From: Macrostomum hystrix
Lineage: Eukaryota > Animalia > Platyhelminthes
Assembly (NCBI GenBank): GCA_950097015.1
Contig: CATNEN010000003.1
Span: 4,092,001 to 4,156,000 of the forward strand
Length of the DNA stretch: 64,000 nt
Reading direction: 5' to 3'
Under the pieces are notes generated by a model. The model was not told the origin of the DNA and made no database searches. It saw nothing but the letters and a program-made list of their open reading frames with translations. The stretch's first letter is position 1. Each line of letters begins with the position of its first letter. The translations under genes were made by a program, and so were the position numbers. Below are positions 10,301-23,101 of this stretch, piece after piece.

Positions 10301-13300
10301 CAAACTGCTGCATGCATTCCTTCGTGATCGCTAGGCCGTCTTCTAGCTCCTTCCGGTTTCCGATCAGTGTGGTGTCGTCGGCGAAAAGTGATGTTCTGAA
10401 GTGGTGAGTGTGCATCTCGGAATTGTATTGGTTCATACGTTGCGGGGGTAGTGAGTGGCCTGTCGGGTACGCCCACTCTACTCCGCACGTTATGTCCTTC
10501 TCCTTAGCGTTGGCCAGCCTTGCCGCTTCGGCGCGTCGCATGCAGGCTTGGTGGTATATGTTGAACAGGATTGGTGATGTTGGACATCCCTCGCGGAGTC
10601 CTCGCTCTGGGTACCACTCAGTGCTTGTCGTTAGTTTTCCTTGGACTTTGTATGCCGTGTATACAACTATACAACGTTTGTACAACTACACAGGTGTGTA
10701 CATCTGCTCTGACCTCATCATCGTCAGGCAGTGTACACTCTCACTGTGCCTTGGAGGTTGGCCCTCAAGGGCGTAAATTGCAGGACAAGCCCCCAAGCCT
10801 TCTCTCCGCGGCTGCGCCCCAAAATAAATGCCACCTCGCTGCGGAATCGAGCTCAGGGACCTTGAGAGGAAAACGCGTTAGACCGCTCTGCCACTCACCC
10901 ATGTATCAGCTGTTACCCTACCTGAATCTTCAGGACATCAGCTGTTACCCTACCCTGAATCTTCAGGACATCAGCTGTTACCCTACCCTGAATCTTCAGG
11001 ACATCAGCTGTTACCCTACCCCGAATCTTCAGGACATCAGCTGTTACCCTACCCTGAATCTTCAGGACATCAGCTGTTACCCTACCCTGAATCTTCAGGA
11101 CATCAGCTGTTACCCTACCCCGAATCTTCAGGACATCAGCTGTTACCCTACCCTGAATCTTCAGGACATCAGCTGTTACCCTACCCTGAATCTTCAGGAC
11201 ATCAGCTGTTACCCTACCCCGAATCTTCAGGACATCAGCTGTTACCCTACCCCGAATCTTCAGGACATCAGCTGCTACCCACCCTCGGAGACAACGCCAA
11301 GCGAGTAGATCTCGTTGCCATGGCAACCGAGCCACCAGTTGCGCACAGTGTCGGCCGTGGCCTGGGCCGAACTAACGGCGGCAGCTCGCGGTCCGGCTCC
11401 GCCGCGCAGGTTGACCTCCTGGCGCTGTCGCATGACCTTCGGAAATTCCTGGCCGAGCCATTTGCGATCCCAGACAGTGTCCAGCACTGTCTGGCTGTAG
11501 TTGTCCGGCCCGCTGACGGCCCCGTCGTAGTGATGCACCCTGGCCCGACTCAGGTCGACCAGGTTCTCGCCGGCTGGGTCGCCCCACACAATTAGGTCGA
11601 CAACGCTAGACGGAAGCACCTTCACGATAACGTAAATTGGTGGCTGGGCTTCTATGGCTGAAGGCGGCGATGCTCGGTCTTATCTATCCAGCTCAACTAT
11701 GAATCTGCAGAGTTCTACTATGAATCTACAGAGTTCTACTATGAATCTGCAGAGTTCTACTATGAATCTGCAAAGTTCTACTATTAATCTACAGAGTTCT
11801 ACTATGAATCTACAGAGTTCTACTATGAATCTACAGAGTTCTACTATGAATCTACAGAGTTCTACTATGAGTCTACAGAGTTCTACTATGAATCTACAGA
11901 GTTCTACTATGAATCTACAGAGTTCTACTATGAATCTACAGAGTTCTACTATGAATCTACAGAGTTCTACTATGAATCTACAGAGTTCTACTATGAATCT
12001 ACAGAGTTCTACTATGAGTCTACAGAGTTCTACTATGAATCTACAGAGTTCTACTATGAATCTACAGAGTTCTACTATGAATCTACAGAGTTCTACTATG
12101 AATCTACAGAGTTCTACTATGAATCTACAGAGTTCTACTTTGAATCTACAGAGTTCTACTATGAATCTACAGAGTTCTACTATGAGTCTACAGAGTTCTA
12201 CTATGAATCTACAGAGTTCTACTATGAATCTACAGAGTTCTACTATGAATCTACAGAGTTCTACTATGAATCTACAGAGTTCTACTATGAATCTACAGAG
12301 TTCTACTATGAATCTACAGAGTTCTACTATGAATCTACAGAGTTCTACTATGAATCTACAGAGTTCTACTATGAATCTACAGAGTTCTACTATGAATCTA
12401 CAGAGTTCTACTATGAATCTACAGAGTTCTACTATGAATCTACAGAGTTCTACTATGAATCTACAGAGTTCTACTATGAATCTACAGAGTTCTATTATGA
12501 ATCTACAGAGTTCTACTATGAATCTATAGAGTTCTACTCAGAATCTACCGAGCATCTAATCGGAATTTACAGAAATTTTCAAGACACTTAAGTCATAATT
12601 AACGAATCACTAAACTCAAATTTTCTTGTAGTCAAAGCTACTCAATGTAGGATTATTTAAATAATAACTGACCTTCAAATGTGCAGCCAGAGTGCCCTTG
12701 GCCTGTCGCTCCAAGAGTCTGCCGGCCGCGCTAACATTTTTAGCAGACAGTCGCGGACATGCCTCCAACAGTACGCGAGCACCAAAGTTAACCGGTCCCC
12801 TGCCGGCAAGAAGCACTTTAAGCCTACGATTGCAATTGGCCGCGTTGAGCCAATCGGCGTAGCGACGATAATGATTGGCTGCGGCTGTTAGCCAATCAGC
12901 GCGAGCGGCTAATTCAGCCGCCGTTGGGGCGGTCGACTCAGTAGCGGCATTTTTACTAGACGACACGCGCTTTGACTTTGCCTCGACTTCACCAGCTGCC
13001 GAAGCCTTCTTCGCGGTCGGCTTCTTCTCGTCCTCGGCGTTGGGCGAAGCCGGCGAGGGCAGAGGCGACAGCAGGATTTCGTCAAGCAGCAGCAGCACAT
13101 CAGCAGCGGCGGCCGCATCCTGGAAGTTGACGCTAGAGCGAACACTGCGAACCAGAGGGTAGGCGAGGTCCGTCGCCTCCATCACGAGGCCCTGGGGATT
13201 TGGGGACAGGAATTTGAGCATAGTAAGCTGTCTGCTGAACAGAACGAAATTCTTGAGCAGTCAAATTCAACTGACCTCCAACTCAGAGGTGTCGGTGACA

Positions 13301-15449
13301 TCGCAGTCGAACAGTGTGAAGGCCAGCTCGGTGCTGGGCCCGAACACGCTGCCGTCCATCAGCAACGGCAGCAGCTGGTAAGCGGCTGCGCCACCCGCCC
13401 CAGTCACCAGAACCTGCAGCGGTCGAGACAGCGAGCGCAACTGGGCCTCCTCGGCGTCAACTTCCACTTTGTAGCGGGCGTTGTCCTTGGCAACGGAAAG
13501 CATCTCGGGGCTGAGCACCGATGATTCCGAGTCGTAGTAAGCTGTGGAAGAGAATGGACGGATGGTCGATGACAGGTGATGCAAGAGGCTGACAGGTGAT
13601 ACAAGAGGCTGACAGGTGATTCAAGAGGATGACAGGTGATACAAGAGGATGACAGGTGATACAAGAGGCTGGCAGGTGATACAAGAGGCTGACAGGTGAT
13701 TCAAGAGGATGACAGGTGATACAAGAGGCTGACAGGTGATGCAAGAGGCTGACAGGTGATGCAAGAGGCTGACAGGTGATGCAAGAGGCTGACAGGTGAT
13801 TCAAGAGGCTGACAGGTGATACAATAGGCTGACAGGTGATGCAAGAGGCTGACAGGTGATGTAAGAGGGTGACAGGTGATACAAGAGGCTGACAGGTGAT
13901 ACAATAGGCTGACAGGTGATACAAGAGGCTGACAGGTGATACAAGAGGCTGACAGGTGATACAAGAGGATGACAGGTGATACAAGAGGATGACAGGTGAT
14001 ACAAGATGATGACAGGTGATGCAAGAGGATGACAGGTGAACTGAGTGAAAGAAGTCATCATAAAAAGCGAAATAGTTAGATAGAGCTTACCTTTCGCAAA
14101 CTCCTGGAATTCATTGGCTCCACCAATAAGAACACCCTTGCCGCCCTGATTAACTAGCTCGCGCCATATGATTGGCGACCTCTGTTGACGCCAGCCGCGT
14201 TCGCGACAACAGTGTCGAGACCATTCCTTTGGGTGTTAAAAATGGAAGATTTCCAGAATATTAATAAAATTTTCTGAATAACAAAAATACAAAAATGCAA
14301 ATGAACCAAGACAGCTTACGAACATAAAAACCTATCGAGTAAATCTCAAAAAGTATGAATTTTGAAATGCAATAATGGGAAGATATTTTAACATTGCATG
14401 GACTTAACCTGGTGATAAAATTAAAATTAAATAAATTACTTAGTAAGAACAGATTTAGCTAGCTTACAGGCCAATCATCTGGAGTCCTGACAATTTTGTG
14501 TAGCTTAAAGTTGGGCAAATTTTTAGCAAGGTCATCAGCTAGCAGTTCCACTTTGGCAAATTGAGGACAGTTTGCTGATCCTGGAAGGTAAGGATTAAGA
14601 ATGTGAAATAATTAAAGTTTATTTAAATTCAATTACTACCCAAAACAATCATTTGAATACTTAGTGATTAATTTTGATCTAAAATATCAAATAAGTTCTA
14701 GAAAATTTAGTATAATTAACTAGGTCACATAATTCAACTTTTTCTCTAGCATTTTATTAGCCACTATGAACAGACAGTTATTATAAAACTAAAACATAGC
14801 TTTAGGAAGATTGGATAGCAGGATAGTGACTAAAATAAAATCTTCTATTATATAAAATAGTAGAAGAAAAAATTCATTTTGAGTTTTGCAGTGCGTTTTC
14901 TAAATAAATGTAGCATTTTTTTTCTTTTTAGATACTGCTTCATATTGTTCTATATAGATAATACCATAGCTATACATTTATAGACTAATGTATTTATCTA
15001 TCAAATAAATATTTCTGATTTTTTACTAGCAACTGTTTTCTCAGATAGTTTCTGGTGGTGAAGACTTAGCTAAAGATAGAACTTTTTGATATTCTCGTGA
15101 AATAGAGTTTTTTACATGCCCTAAATAGGCCTTTGATCTGTTAGGCCGAAATGACACCATTAAAGCATAACATAAATGACAGCATAAATGACAACATTCA
15201 TATAAAATAAAATTATATATAACAAAACTTTAGGAAAACATGCAATAAGAAAAGAAAACAACTTTAATTAATCTAAGATTATTTCGTCTGTGATGCCCTT
15301 TCTAAAGTCTACATATGTAGACTCATCAGCTAGCTAACTAATTATTTATTTTTAAATACATATACGTTGTTAATTGTAAGAATTGTATAAAATAAAGTAA
15401 AAAATTTTTAAAATGAATGTGACTTACCAGCAATAACTATTTTTGCCAT
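7377..15449 (-). CDS. MDH1B: Putative malate dehydrogenase 1B, 9 exons (15449-15428, 14580-14468, 14226-14091, 13541-13276, 13191-12673, 11619-11283, 8817-8687, 8574-8418, 7651-7377), about 651 aa
   Basis: Spliced product [25 protein letters not shown]...[24 protein letters not shown]...PLQVLVTGA...LIVWG...[13 protein letters not shown] matches the characteristic MDH1B N-terminus and MDH fold. All joins are GT-AG and in frame (1956 nt). Confidence 0.92.
7688..8385. repeat. Three adjacent minisatellites (19 bp, 26-29 bp, 24 bp) sharing an ATTGAGCACTC core in alternating orientation
   Basis: GCTTTATTGAGCACTCYTA array 7688-8003; TTGGAGTGCTCAATATCTAAGGTAGC array 8027-8292 (inverted core); ATTGAGCACTCGAAGCTAGCCTAG 8326-8385. 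Confidence 0.92.
8913..10902 (-). mobile_element. tRNA-derived SINE (family A) split by a LINE insertion
   Basis: Halves 8913-9051 and 10688-10902 match the intact copies at 25128 and 56236. 13-bp TSD GTATCAGCTGTTA at 8900-8912 and 10903-10915. Confidence 0.88.
9052..10687 (-). mobile_element. 5'-truncated non-LTR retrotransposon (RTE-like RT) with four C-terminal zinc-finger motifs and one in-frame nonsense codon
   Basis: RT motifs [14 protein letters not shown] and LFADD. The frame continues past a single TGA (9810-9812) to 9108 with CxxxxC/CxxC..H fingers. (AGA)n-type tail. 14-bp TSD ACACAGGTGTGTAC at 9038-9051 and 10688-10701. Confidence 0.9.
10905..11282. repeat. 33-bp minisatellite (about 11 copies) overlapping the MDH1B exon 6 donor
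   Basis: Unit CAGCTGTTACCCTACCCYGAATCTTCAGGACAT. Confidence 0.95.
11696..12538. repeat. 21-bp minisatellite (about 40 copies) in MDH1B intron 5
   Basis: Unit CTATGAATCTACAGAGTTCTA. Confidence 0.97.
13569..14039. repeat. 20-bp minisatellite (about 23 copies) in MDH1B intron 3
   Basis: Unit GACAGGTGATDCAAGAGGMT. Confidence 0.96.
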
Positions 15450-17427
15450 TCTTCTTTTAAATAAAAAGTCTAATCACGTACAAACTCACAGAGAAGAACT
15501 ATAAATGGTATGGCGGCTCCTTGCCAAAAATACATTTCATGATAAAAGTTGTGAGAGTTTCCGTGAAACGGTAACTATGCAAATTGATTTTTTTAAAGAT
15601 ATAACAATTTTTTGCAGTTTTTATATTTAAATTATTGGAAACAGTCACAAAATAATTTCAGTAGTAATAAAATTACGTCTAAATACTTTTTCTTAGATGC
15701 TTACGTGGTATTTGTAAATGCTTTTTAAAGGGTTCGTTCGAGTACTCACTTTTCACTAGCGACTCGCTATAAACCTACCCTTTTTAAACTGGTTCGCCAG
15801 AAATGTAAAAATACAGTAGGTCTACTTTTATACTAGATCTCGATATGATAAGCGCATATGATAAGCGATTCATACGAAAGCTTTCGCTGTTTTAAATTTC
15901 TCATAGAGAACAACTAAATACACTTGAAACATTTTAACTTCATTGCAAGAAAAATTTCTATGCCAAGCAAAATGTGTATATTTTAACAATAGTGACATGT
16001 TAAAATGTATGAAATAGTGTATTTATGTTATGATTTTTTTCGCCAGCTTTTATTTTTATTGTAGTGCCTGTGGTCGGTTTGGGATCCCCGGCCTACAGTA
16101 CTAAGTATAATCACTATACGAATAATCACTATAATCACACAGTACTTCTAAGAAAGATACAGTACTCCGTACAGGCCTAGCACTCCGAATGTAAAGACAC
16201 GAATGCAGCGGTTTCCGGTCTAAATGCAGGATGACAGGATGACTTCGATTTCGTTTATTTGTAGGCAATAACTTGAGAATTCGCAGTAAGAGACCGTCTT
16301 TACCGATGGAACCTAAAAGTTCGAGCAAGCCACCAGCGCGCAGGGAGGGTAGGGACAGGGTTGTACGCGCTGGCCGGGTGGACGGCAAAGCTACGCAGAG
16401 CTGATTGGCGGGAGGGGCAAAGCCACGAAGGGCTGGGGTAAGGGTTGACAGACAATTCCCGCGCCAGCCAATCAGATGGCGGCGCAGGGCACCCTGAGCC
16501 GGGGGAGGAGGGAGGGAAGGGTGAGGCCAAGGCCGAGCCAAACAAACCGGCCCCAAATACAACGGCCTTGGCGAGCAGTCGACCAGAGAAACACAGGCAC
16601 TACACCTTCCCCTCTTAAAAAAACGCGCAAAAACGCACATGGATGAAACGGGGAAGAGGATAGCACGGAATGGGAAAGCGGCGACCGACCGAAATTTAAA
16701 CAAAAAGCATAATTTCGCAGGCAGGGCGCTGATGTCGCCAGGCATTGTGGCGATCTTGCGCCGAATAAACCGTAGGCACTGTTGAAGCACCATGGCTAAA
16801 GCGGCCCTCATATTGTTTTATGTGTCCCTTATGAATGCCTGATTCGAAAATTACGCTTTTTACGTGTAAAAAAGGAATAAGACGAAGAATCAAGATAATT
16901 TAGCACATTGCGCAGTTGATTTAGTCTACTCTGACATCGACATTTTAGTAAGAACAATCAAAAAAGCTTTTTGGCTAATATACTTTGATGGTATAATCAT
17001 TCGACTTCGACTGATAAGTAAAATGAAAAATAGATGACACAAAGGCACTTGGAAATTTATTCTTGTCTTAACTTAAATAATGATAGCATAACTATAGAAT
17101 ATCACGCACCGCCCACACAAAAAGCAGGTATGTATACGTGCTGTTGGGGTATATGAAGAAAAAACCGTTTCTTTAACAACGAGATCTTCTATATAATGAA
17201 GCTGATATGCTAAAACTACATCAAAAAGTGATGTTTGAGAACAGTTCTCAATAAAACTCCTATCAATGCCGACAACAACTGATTGAAGATTTATTAATCA
17301 ATAAAAATCCGACACTTATTAGATATGCTAGCAAACAGCAGGTAATCAACAACAAAACTCAGAAATTAAAATCGCAGTTTCTGCTGGGGATTATTAGAAG
17401 GCCCTGAGAGCACATCTCAAAGGCGCA

Positions 17428-20400
17428 TCAAGGCAGGTTGCCATTGGCATCTCGCGCCTCCAGAGTTTTGGCTAAGTCGCGAAAATCTTTAACAAACCAA
17501 TCGGCACCTTCAGCCACCTGAGCCCTAGTGACATTGCCGCCGAATCCGATGAACAGGTCGCAGTCGCTGCGCGCCTCCATGTCGGTGACACCGTCGCCGA
17601 TCATTGCAACCGATTGGTGGCCAAGGCCAGCTTGCAGGTGTCTGACAGCGGTCGCTTTGCCGCCGCTGCGACAGGTGAAACAGGACCGATCGTGGCCGAG
17701 GAAGTCGCCGCTCTCCTGGTCGAAGATGAGTCGATTGGAGATGAGGCGATCGTCAGGCAGGCCAAGGGCGAATAGAACCGGTTGCACCAAGTCGCTGATG
17801 CCGCCAGTGACCAGGTAGACCCGCTTGCCGCGCAGCTCTAATAGGCGCACCAGGTCACTGAGCGGGGGATTTCAAGTGAATGCTCAGTTGGAAAATCTTC
17901 TGCAACAAGGAGACTTTCATAAGAAATATAAAAAGGGAAATTTCCACGAGGAAAATTCCACTGCGAAACTTCCACAAAGAAAAGTCCAAAAAAAACTTCC
18001 ACAGGAAAACTACCACACGGAAACTTCCACAGGAAAAATTCCACAGGAAAACTTCCACAGGAAAACTTCCGCATGGAAACTTCCACAGGAAAACTTCCAC
18101 AGGAAAACTTCCGCATGGAAACTTTCACAGAAAACTTCCACAGGAAAACTTCCACAGGAAAACTTCCGCATGGAAACTTCCACAGGAAAACTTCCACAGG
18201 AAAACTTCCACAGGAAAACTTCCGCATGGAAACTTTCACAGGAAAACTTCCACAGGAAAACTTCCACAGGAAAACTTCCGCATGGAAACTTCCACAGGAA
18301 AACTTCCACAGGAAAACTTCCACAGGAAAACTTCCGCATGGAAACTTTCACAGGAAAACTTCCACAGGAAAACTTCCACAGGAAAACTTCCGCATGGAAA
18401 CTTCCACAGGAAAACTTCCACAGGAAAACTTCCACAGGAAAACTTCCGCATGGAAACTTCCACAGGAAAACTTCCACAGGAAAACTTCCACAGGAAAAAT
18501 TCCGCATGGAAACTTCCACAGGAAAAATTCCACACGGGAAACTTCCACACGGAAAACTTCCACAGGAAAACTTCCACAGGAAAACTTCCGCATGGAAACT
18601 TCCACAGGAAAAATTCCGCATGGAAACTTCCACAGGAAAACTTCCACAGGAAAACTTCCACAGGAAAACTTCCGCATGGAAACTTTCACAGGAAAACTTC
18701 CGCATGGAAACTTTCACAGGAAAACTTCCGCATGGAAACTTTCACAGGAAAAATTCCGCATGGAAACTTTCACAGGAAAAATTCCGCATGGAAACTTTCA
18801 CAGGAAAAATTCCGCATGGAAACTTCCACAGGAAAAATTCCGCATGGAAACTTCCACAGGAAAACTTCCACAGGAAAACTTCCACAGGAAAACTTCCGCA
18901 TGGAAACTTTCACAGGAAAACTTCCGCATGGAAACTTTCACAGGAAAACTTCCGCATGGAAACTTTCACAGGAAAACTTCCGCATGGAAACTTTCACAGG
19001 AAAAATTCCGCATGGAAACTTTCACAGGAAAAATTCCGCATGGAAACTTTCACAGGAAAAATTCCGCATGGAAACTTCCACAGGAAAAATTCCGCATGGA
19101 AACTTCCACAGGAAAACTTCCACAGGAAAACTTCCACAGGAAAACTTCCGCATGGAAACTTTCACAGGAAAACTTCCGCATGGAAACTTTCACAGGAAAA
19201 CTTCCGCAGGAAAACTTCCACAGGAAAACTTCCGCATGGAAACTTCCACAGGAAAAATTCCGCATGGAAACTTCCACAGGAAAACTTCCACAGGAAAACT
19301 TCCACAGGAAAACTTCCGCATGGAAACTTTCACAGGAAAACTTCCGCATGGAAACTTTCACAGGAAAACTTCCGCATGGAAACTTTCACAGGAAAAATTC
19401 CGCATGGAAACTTTCACAGGAAAAATTCCGCATGGAAACTTTCACAGGAAAAATTCCGCATGGAAACTTCCACAGGAAAAATTCCGCATGGAAACTTCCA
19501 CAGGAAAACTTCCACAGGAAAACTTCCACAGGAAAACTTCCGCATGGAAACTTTCACAGGAAAACTTCCGCATGGAAACTTTCACAGGAAAACTTCCGCA
19601 TGGAAACTTTCACAGGAAAACTTCCGCATGGAAACTTTCACAGGAAAACTTCCGCATGGAAACTTTCACAGGAAAAATTCCGCATGGAAACTTTCACAGG
19701 AAAAATTCCGCATGGAAACTTTCACAGGAAAAATTCCGCATGGAAACTTCCACAGGAAAAATTCCGCATGGAAACTTCCACAGGAAAACTTCCACAGGAA
19801 AACTTCCACAGGAAAACTTCCGCATGGAAACTTTCACAGGAAAACTTCCGCATGGAAACTTTCACAGGAAAACTTCCGCATGGAAACTTTCACAGGAAAA
19901 CTTCCGCATGGAAACTTTCACAGGAAAAATTCCGCATGGAAACTTTCACAGGAAAAATTCCGCATGGAAACTTTCACAGGAAAAATTCCGCATGGAAACT
20001 TCCACAGGAAAAATTCCGCATGGAAACTTCCACAGGAAAACTTCCACAGGAAAACTTCCACAGGAAAACTTCCGCATGGAAACTTTCACAGGAAAACTTC
20101 CGCATGGAAACTTTCACAGGAAAACTTCCGCAGGAAAACTTCCACAGGAAAACTTCCGCATGGAAACTTCCACAGGAAAAATTCCGCATGGAAACTTCCA
20201 CAGGAAAACTTCCACAGGAAAACTTCCACAGGAAAACTTCCGCATGGAAACTTTCACAGGAAAACTTCCGCATGGAAACTTTCACAGGAAAACTTCCGCA
20301 TGGAAACTTTCACAGGAAAAATTCCGCATGGAAACTTTCACAGGAAAAATTCCGCATGGAAACTTTCACAGGAAAAATTCCGCATGGAAACTTCCACAGG

Positions 20401-22987
20401 AAAAATTCCGCATGGAAACTTCCACAGGAAAACTTCCACAGGAAAACTTCCACAGGAAAACTTCCGCATGGAAACTTTCACAGGAAAACTTCCGCATGGA
20501 AACTTTCACAGGAAAACTTCCGCATGGAAACTTTCACAGGAAAACTTCCGCATGGAAACTTTCACAGGAAAACTTCCGCATGGAAACTTTCACAGGAAAA
20601 ATTCCGCATGGAAACTTTCACAGGAAAAATTCCGCATGGAAACTTTCACAGGAAAAATTCCGCATGGAAACTTCCACAGGAAAAATTCCGCATGGAAACT
20701 TCCACAAGTAAACTTTCAAAAAGAAATTTCCAGAGAAAAACTTCAAAGACGAAACTTGCACTTGAAAATTTGCCCATGAAAACTTTCGAAAGGAAACCTC
20801 CGTAGGGAAACTTCCGAATTAGGGAACACGATTGCTTGGCGCAATAGTTATTTTAGAAATTCACTTCTAAGCTTTTCTAGATGTGCGTTATAATCGGCAG
20901 TTCACATAGCAGTCAAAATAAAAAATCACTTACACAACATGAGGAGTCAGTTTTGGCGGATTCTGTTTCACAAACTGGTCCACTTTCTGTCTAGTCAGTT
21001 TCATCATGGCTAGCCGGGCCTCGAACGACTCTTCAAATGTCATTTCACCGTTCATAGCTTTGCTGGTGCTGCAAATATAAGCAAACATACTCGTATGATC
21101 AGCTCAATAATTTACAACTTGCTGAGATACGAGTCAGCAAGGGGATAAGAGGATGAGAGTCAGCAAGGGGATAAGAGTCAGGTAGGGGATGAGAGTCAGC
21201 AAGGGGATAAGAGGATGAGAGTCAGCAAGGGGATAAGAGGATGAGAGTCAGCAAGGGGATAAGAGGATGAGAGTCAGCAAGGGGATAAGAGGATGAGAGT
21301 CAGCAAGGGGATAAGAGGATGAGAGTCAGCAAGGGGATAAGAGGATGAGAGTCAGCAAGGGGATAAGAGGATGAGAGTCAGCAAGGGGATAAGAGGATGA
21401 GAGTCAGCAAGGGGATAAGAGGATGAGAGTCAGCAAGGGGATAAGAGGATGAGAGTCAGCAAGGGGATAAGAGGATGAGAGTCAGCAAGGGGATAAGAGG
21501 ATGAGAGTCAGCAAGGGGATAAGAGTCAGGTAGGGGATGAGAGTCAGCAAGGGGATAAGAGGATGAGAGTCAGCAAGGGGATAAGAGGATGAGAGTCAGC
21601 AAGGGGATGAGAGTCAGGTAGGGGATGAGAGTCAGCAAGGGGATAAGAGGATGAGAGTCAGCAAGGGGATGAGAGTCAGGTAGGGGATGAGAGTCAGCAA
21701 GGGGATGAGAGGATGAGAGTCAGAGTCAGCAAGGGGATAAGAGGATGAGAGTCAGCAAGGGGATGAGAGTCAGGTAGGGGATGAGAGTCAGCAAGGGGAT
21801 AAGAGGATGAGAGTCAGCAAGGAGATGAGAGTCAGGTAGGGGATGAGAGCCAGCAAGGGGATAAGAGGATGAGAGTCAGCAAGGGGATGAGAGTCAGCAA
21901 GGGGATGAGAGTCAGGTAGGGGATGAGAGTCAGCAAGGGGATAAGAGGATGAGAGTCAGCAAGGAGATGAGAGTCAGGTAGGGGATGAGAGTCAGCAAGG
22001 GGATAAGAGGATGAGAGTCAGCAAGGGGATGAGAGTCAGGTAGGGGATGAGAGTCAGCAAGGGGATAAGAGGATGAGAGTCAGCAAGGGGATGAGAGTCA
22101 GGTAGGGGATGAGAGTCAGCAAGGGGATGAGAGGATGAGAGTCAGAGTCAGCAAGGGGATAAGAGGATGAGAGTCAGCAAGGGGATAAGAGGATGAGAGT
22201 CAGCAAGGAGATGAGAGTCAGGTAGGGGATGAGAGTCAGCAAGGGGATAAGAGGATGAGAGTCAGCAAGGGGATGAGAGTCAGGTAGGGGATGAGAGTCA
22301 GCAAGGGGATAAGAGGATGAGAGTCAGCAAGGGGATGAGAGTCAGGTAGGGGATGAGAGTCAGCAAGGGGATAAGAGGATGAGAGTCAGCAAGGGGATGA
22401 GAGTCAGGTAGGGGATGAGAGTCAGCAAGGGGATGAGAGGATGAGAGTCAGAGTCAGCAAGGGGATAAGAGGATGAGAGTCAGCAAGGGGATGAGAGGAT
22501 GAGAGTCAGAGTCAGCAAGGGGATAAGAGGATGAGAGTCAGCAAGGGGATGAGAGGATGAGAGTCAGAGTCAGCAAGGGGATAAGAGGATGAGAGTCAGC
22601 AAGGGGATGAGAGTCAGCAAGGGGATGAGAGTCAGGTAGGGGATGAGAGTCAGCAAGGGGATGAGAGTCAGCAAGGGGATGAGAGTCAGCAAGGGGATGA
22701 GAGTCAGCAAGGGGATGAAAGTCAGGAAGGGGATGAGAGTCAGCAAGGGGATGAGAGTCAGCAAGGGGATGAGAGTCAGCAAGGGGATGAGAGTCAGGAA
22801 GGGGATGAGAGTCAGCAGCGCTAACGGGGATCACTCACAGCGCTTTGACTTGGTCAGCGACGCCGCAGAAGGCAGCCAGATTGTCAACGCCTTCGTCGAC
22901 GCACACCGTGGAATCAACATCGAAGCAGACGCAGTCGACGCCCAGCCAGGTCTGCAGCACCGACGGCGAGGGTTCTAGATTAGGCAT
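17428..22987 (-). CDS. PSPH: Phosphoserine phosphatase (HAD), 3 exons (22987-22839, 21068-20934, 17857-17428), about 237 aa
   Basis: HAD motif I CFDVDSTV, then LVTGG, SGGK, IGDGVTDMEA and FIGFGGNV. Joins are in frame (714 nt). Confidence 0.95.
17990..20705. repeat. 14-bp quasi-palindromic satellite with higher-order structure in PSPH intron 2
   Basis: Units GGAAAACTTCCACA / GGAAAA(C/A)TTCCGCAT / GGAAACTT(T/C)CACA. Identical ORF-track entries at 19050 and 19974 show a 924-bp higher-order duplication. Confidence 0.96.
21131..22817. repeat. 18/26-bp composite minisatellite in PSPH intron 1
   Basis: GAGAGTCAGCAAGGGGAT(AAGAGGAT) and GAGAGTCAGGTAGGGGAT units. Confidence 0.96.
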
Positions 22988-23101
22988 GGTGACTTAATGG
23001 CCCGGTGAACTTTAAGCGACTCAAAACCAATAGAGACTGTTTCACAATGGTTACAAACCGCTGAAATGACAAGCACAAACATTCTTGTAAATATTATAGA
23101 T

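Noticed and set aside
11654-12529. SSTMNLQ-repeat ORF, and similar ORFs at 13404-14061, 23332-24169, 26905-27684 and 39931-40560
   Set aside because: Translations of tandem repeats with no independent coding evidence.
16101-16811. 236-aa ORF
   Set aside because: No recognisable domain or coding-like composition; probably a chance ORF in a GC-rich block.
17825-20805. Three 900+ aa ORFs on +
   Set aside because: All frames are open because the 14-bp unit lacks stop codons; the region lies antisense within a PSPH intron.
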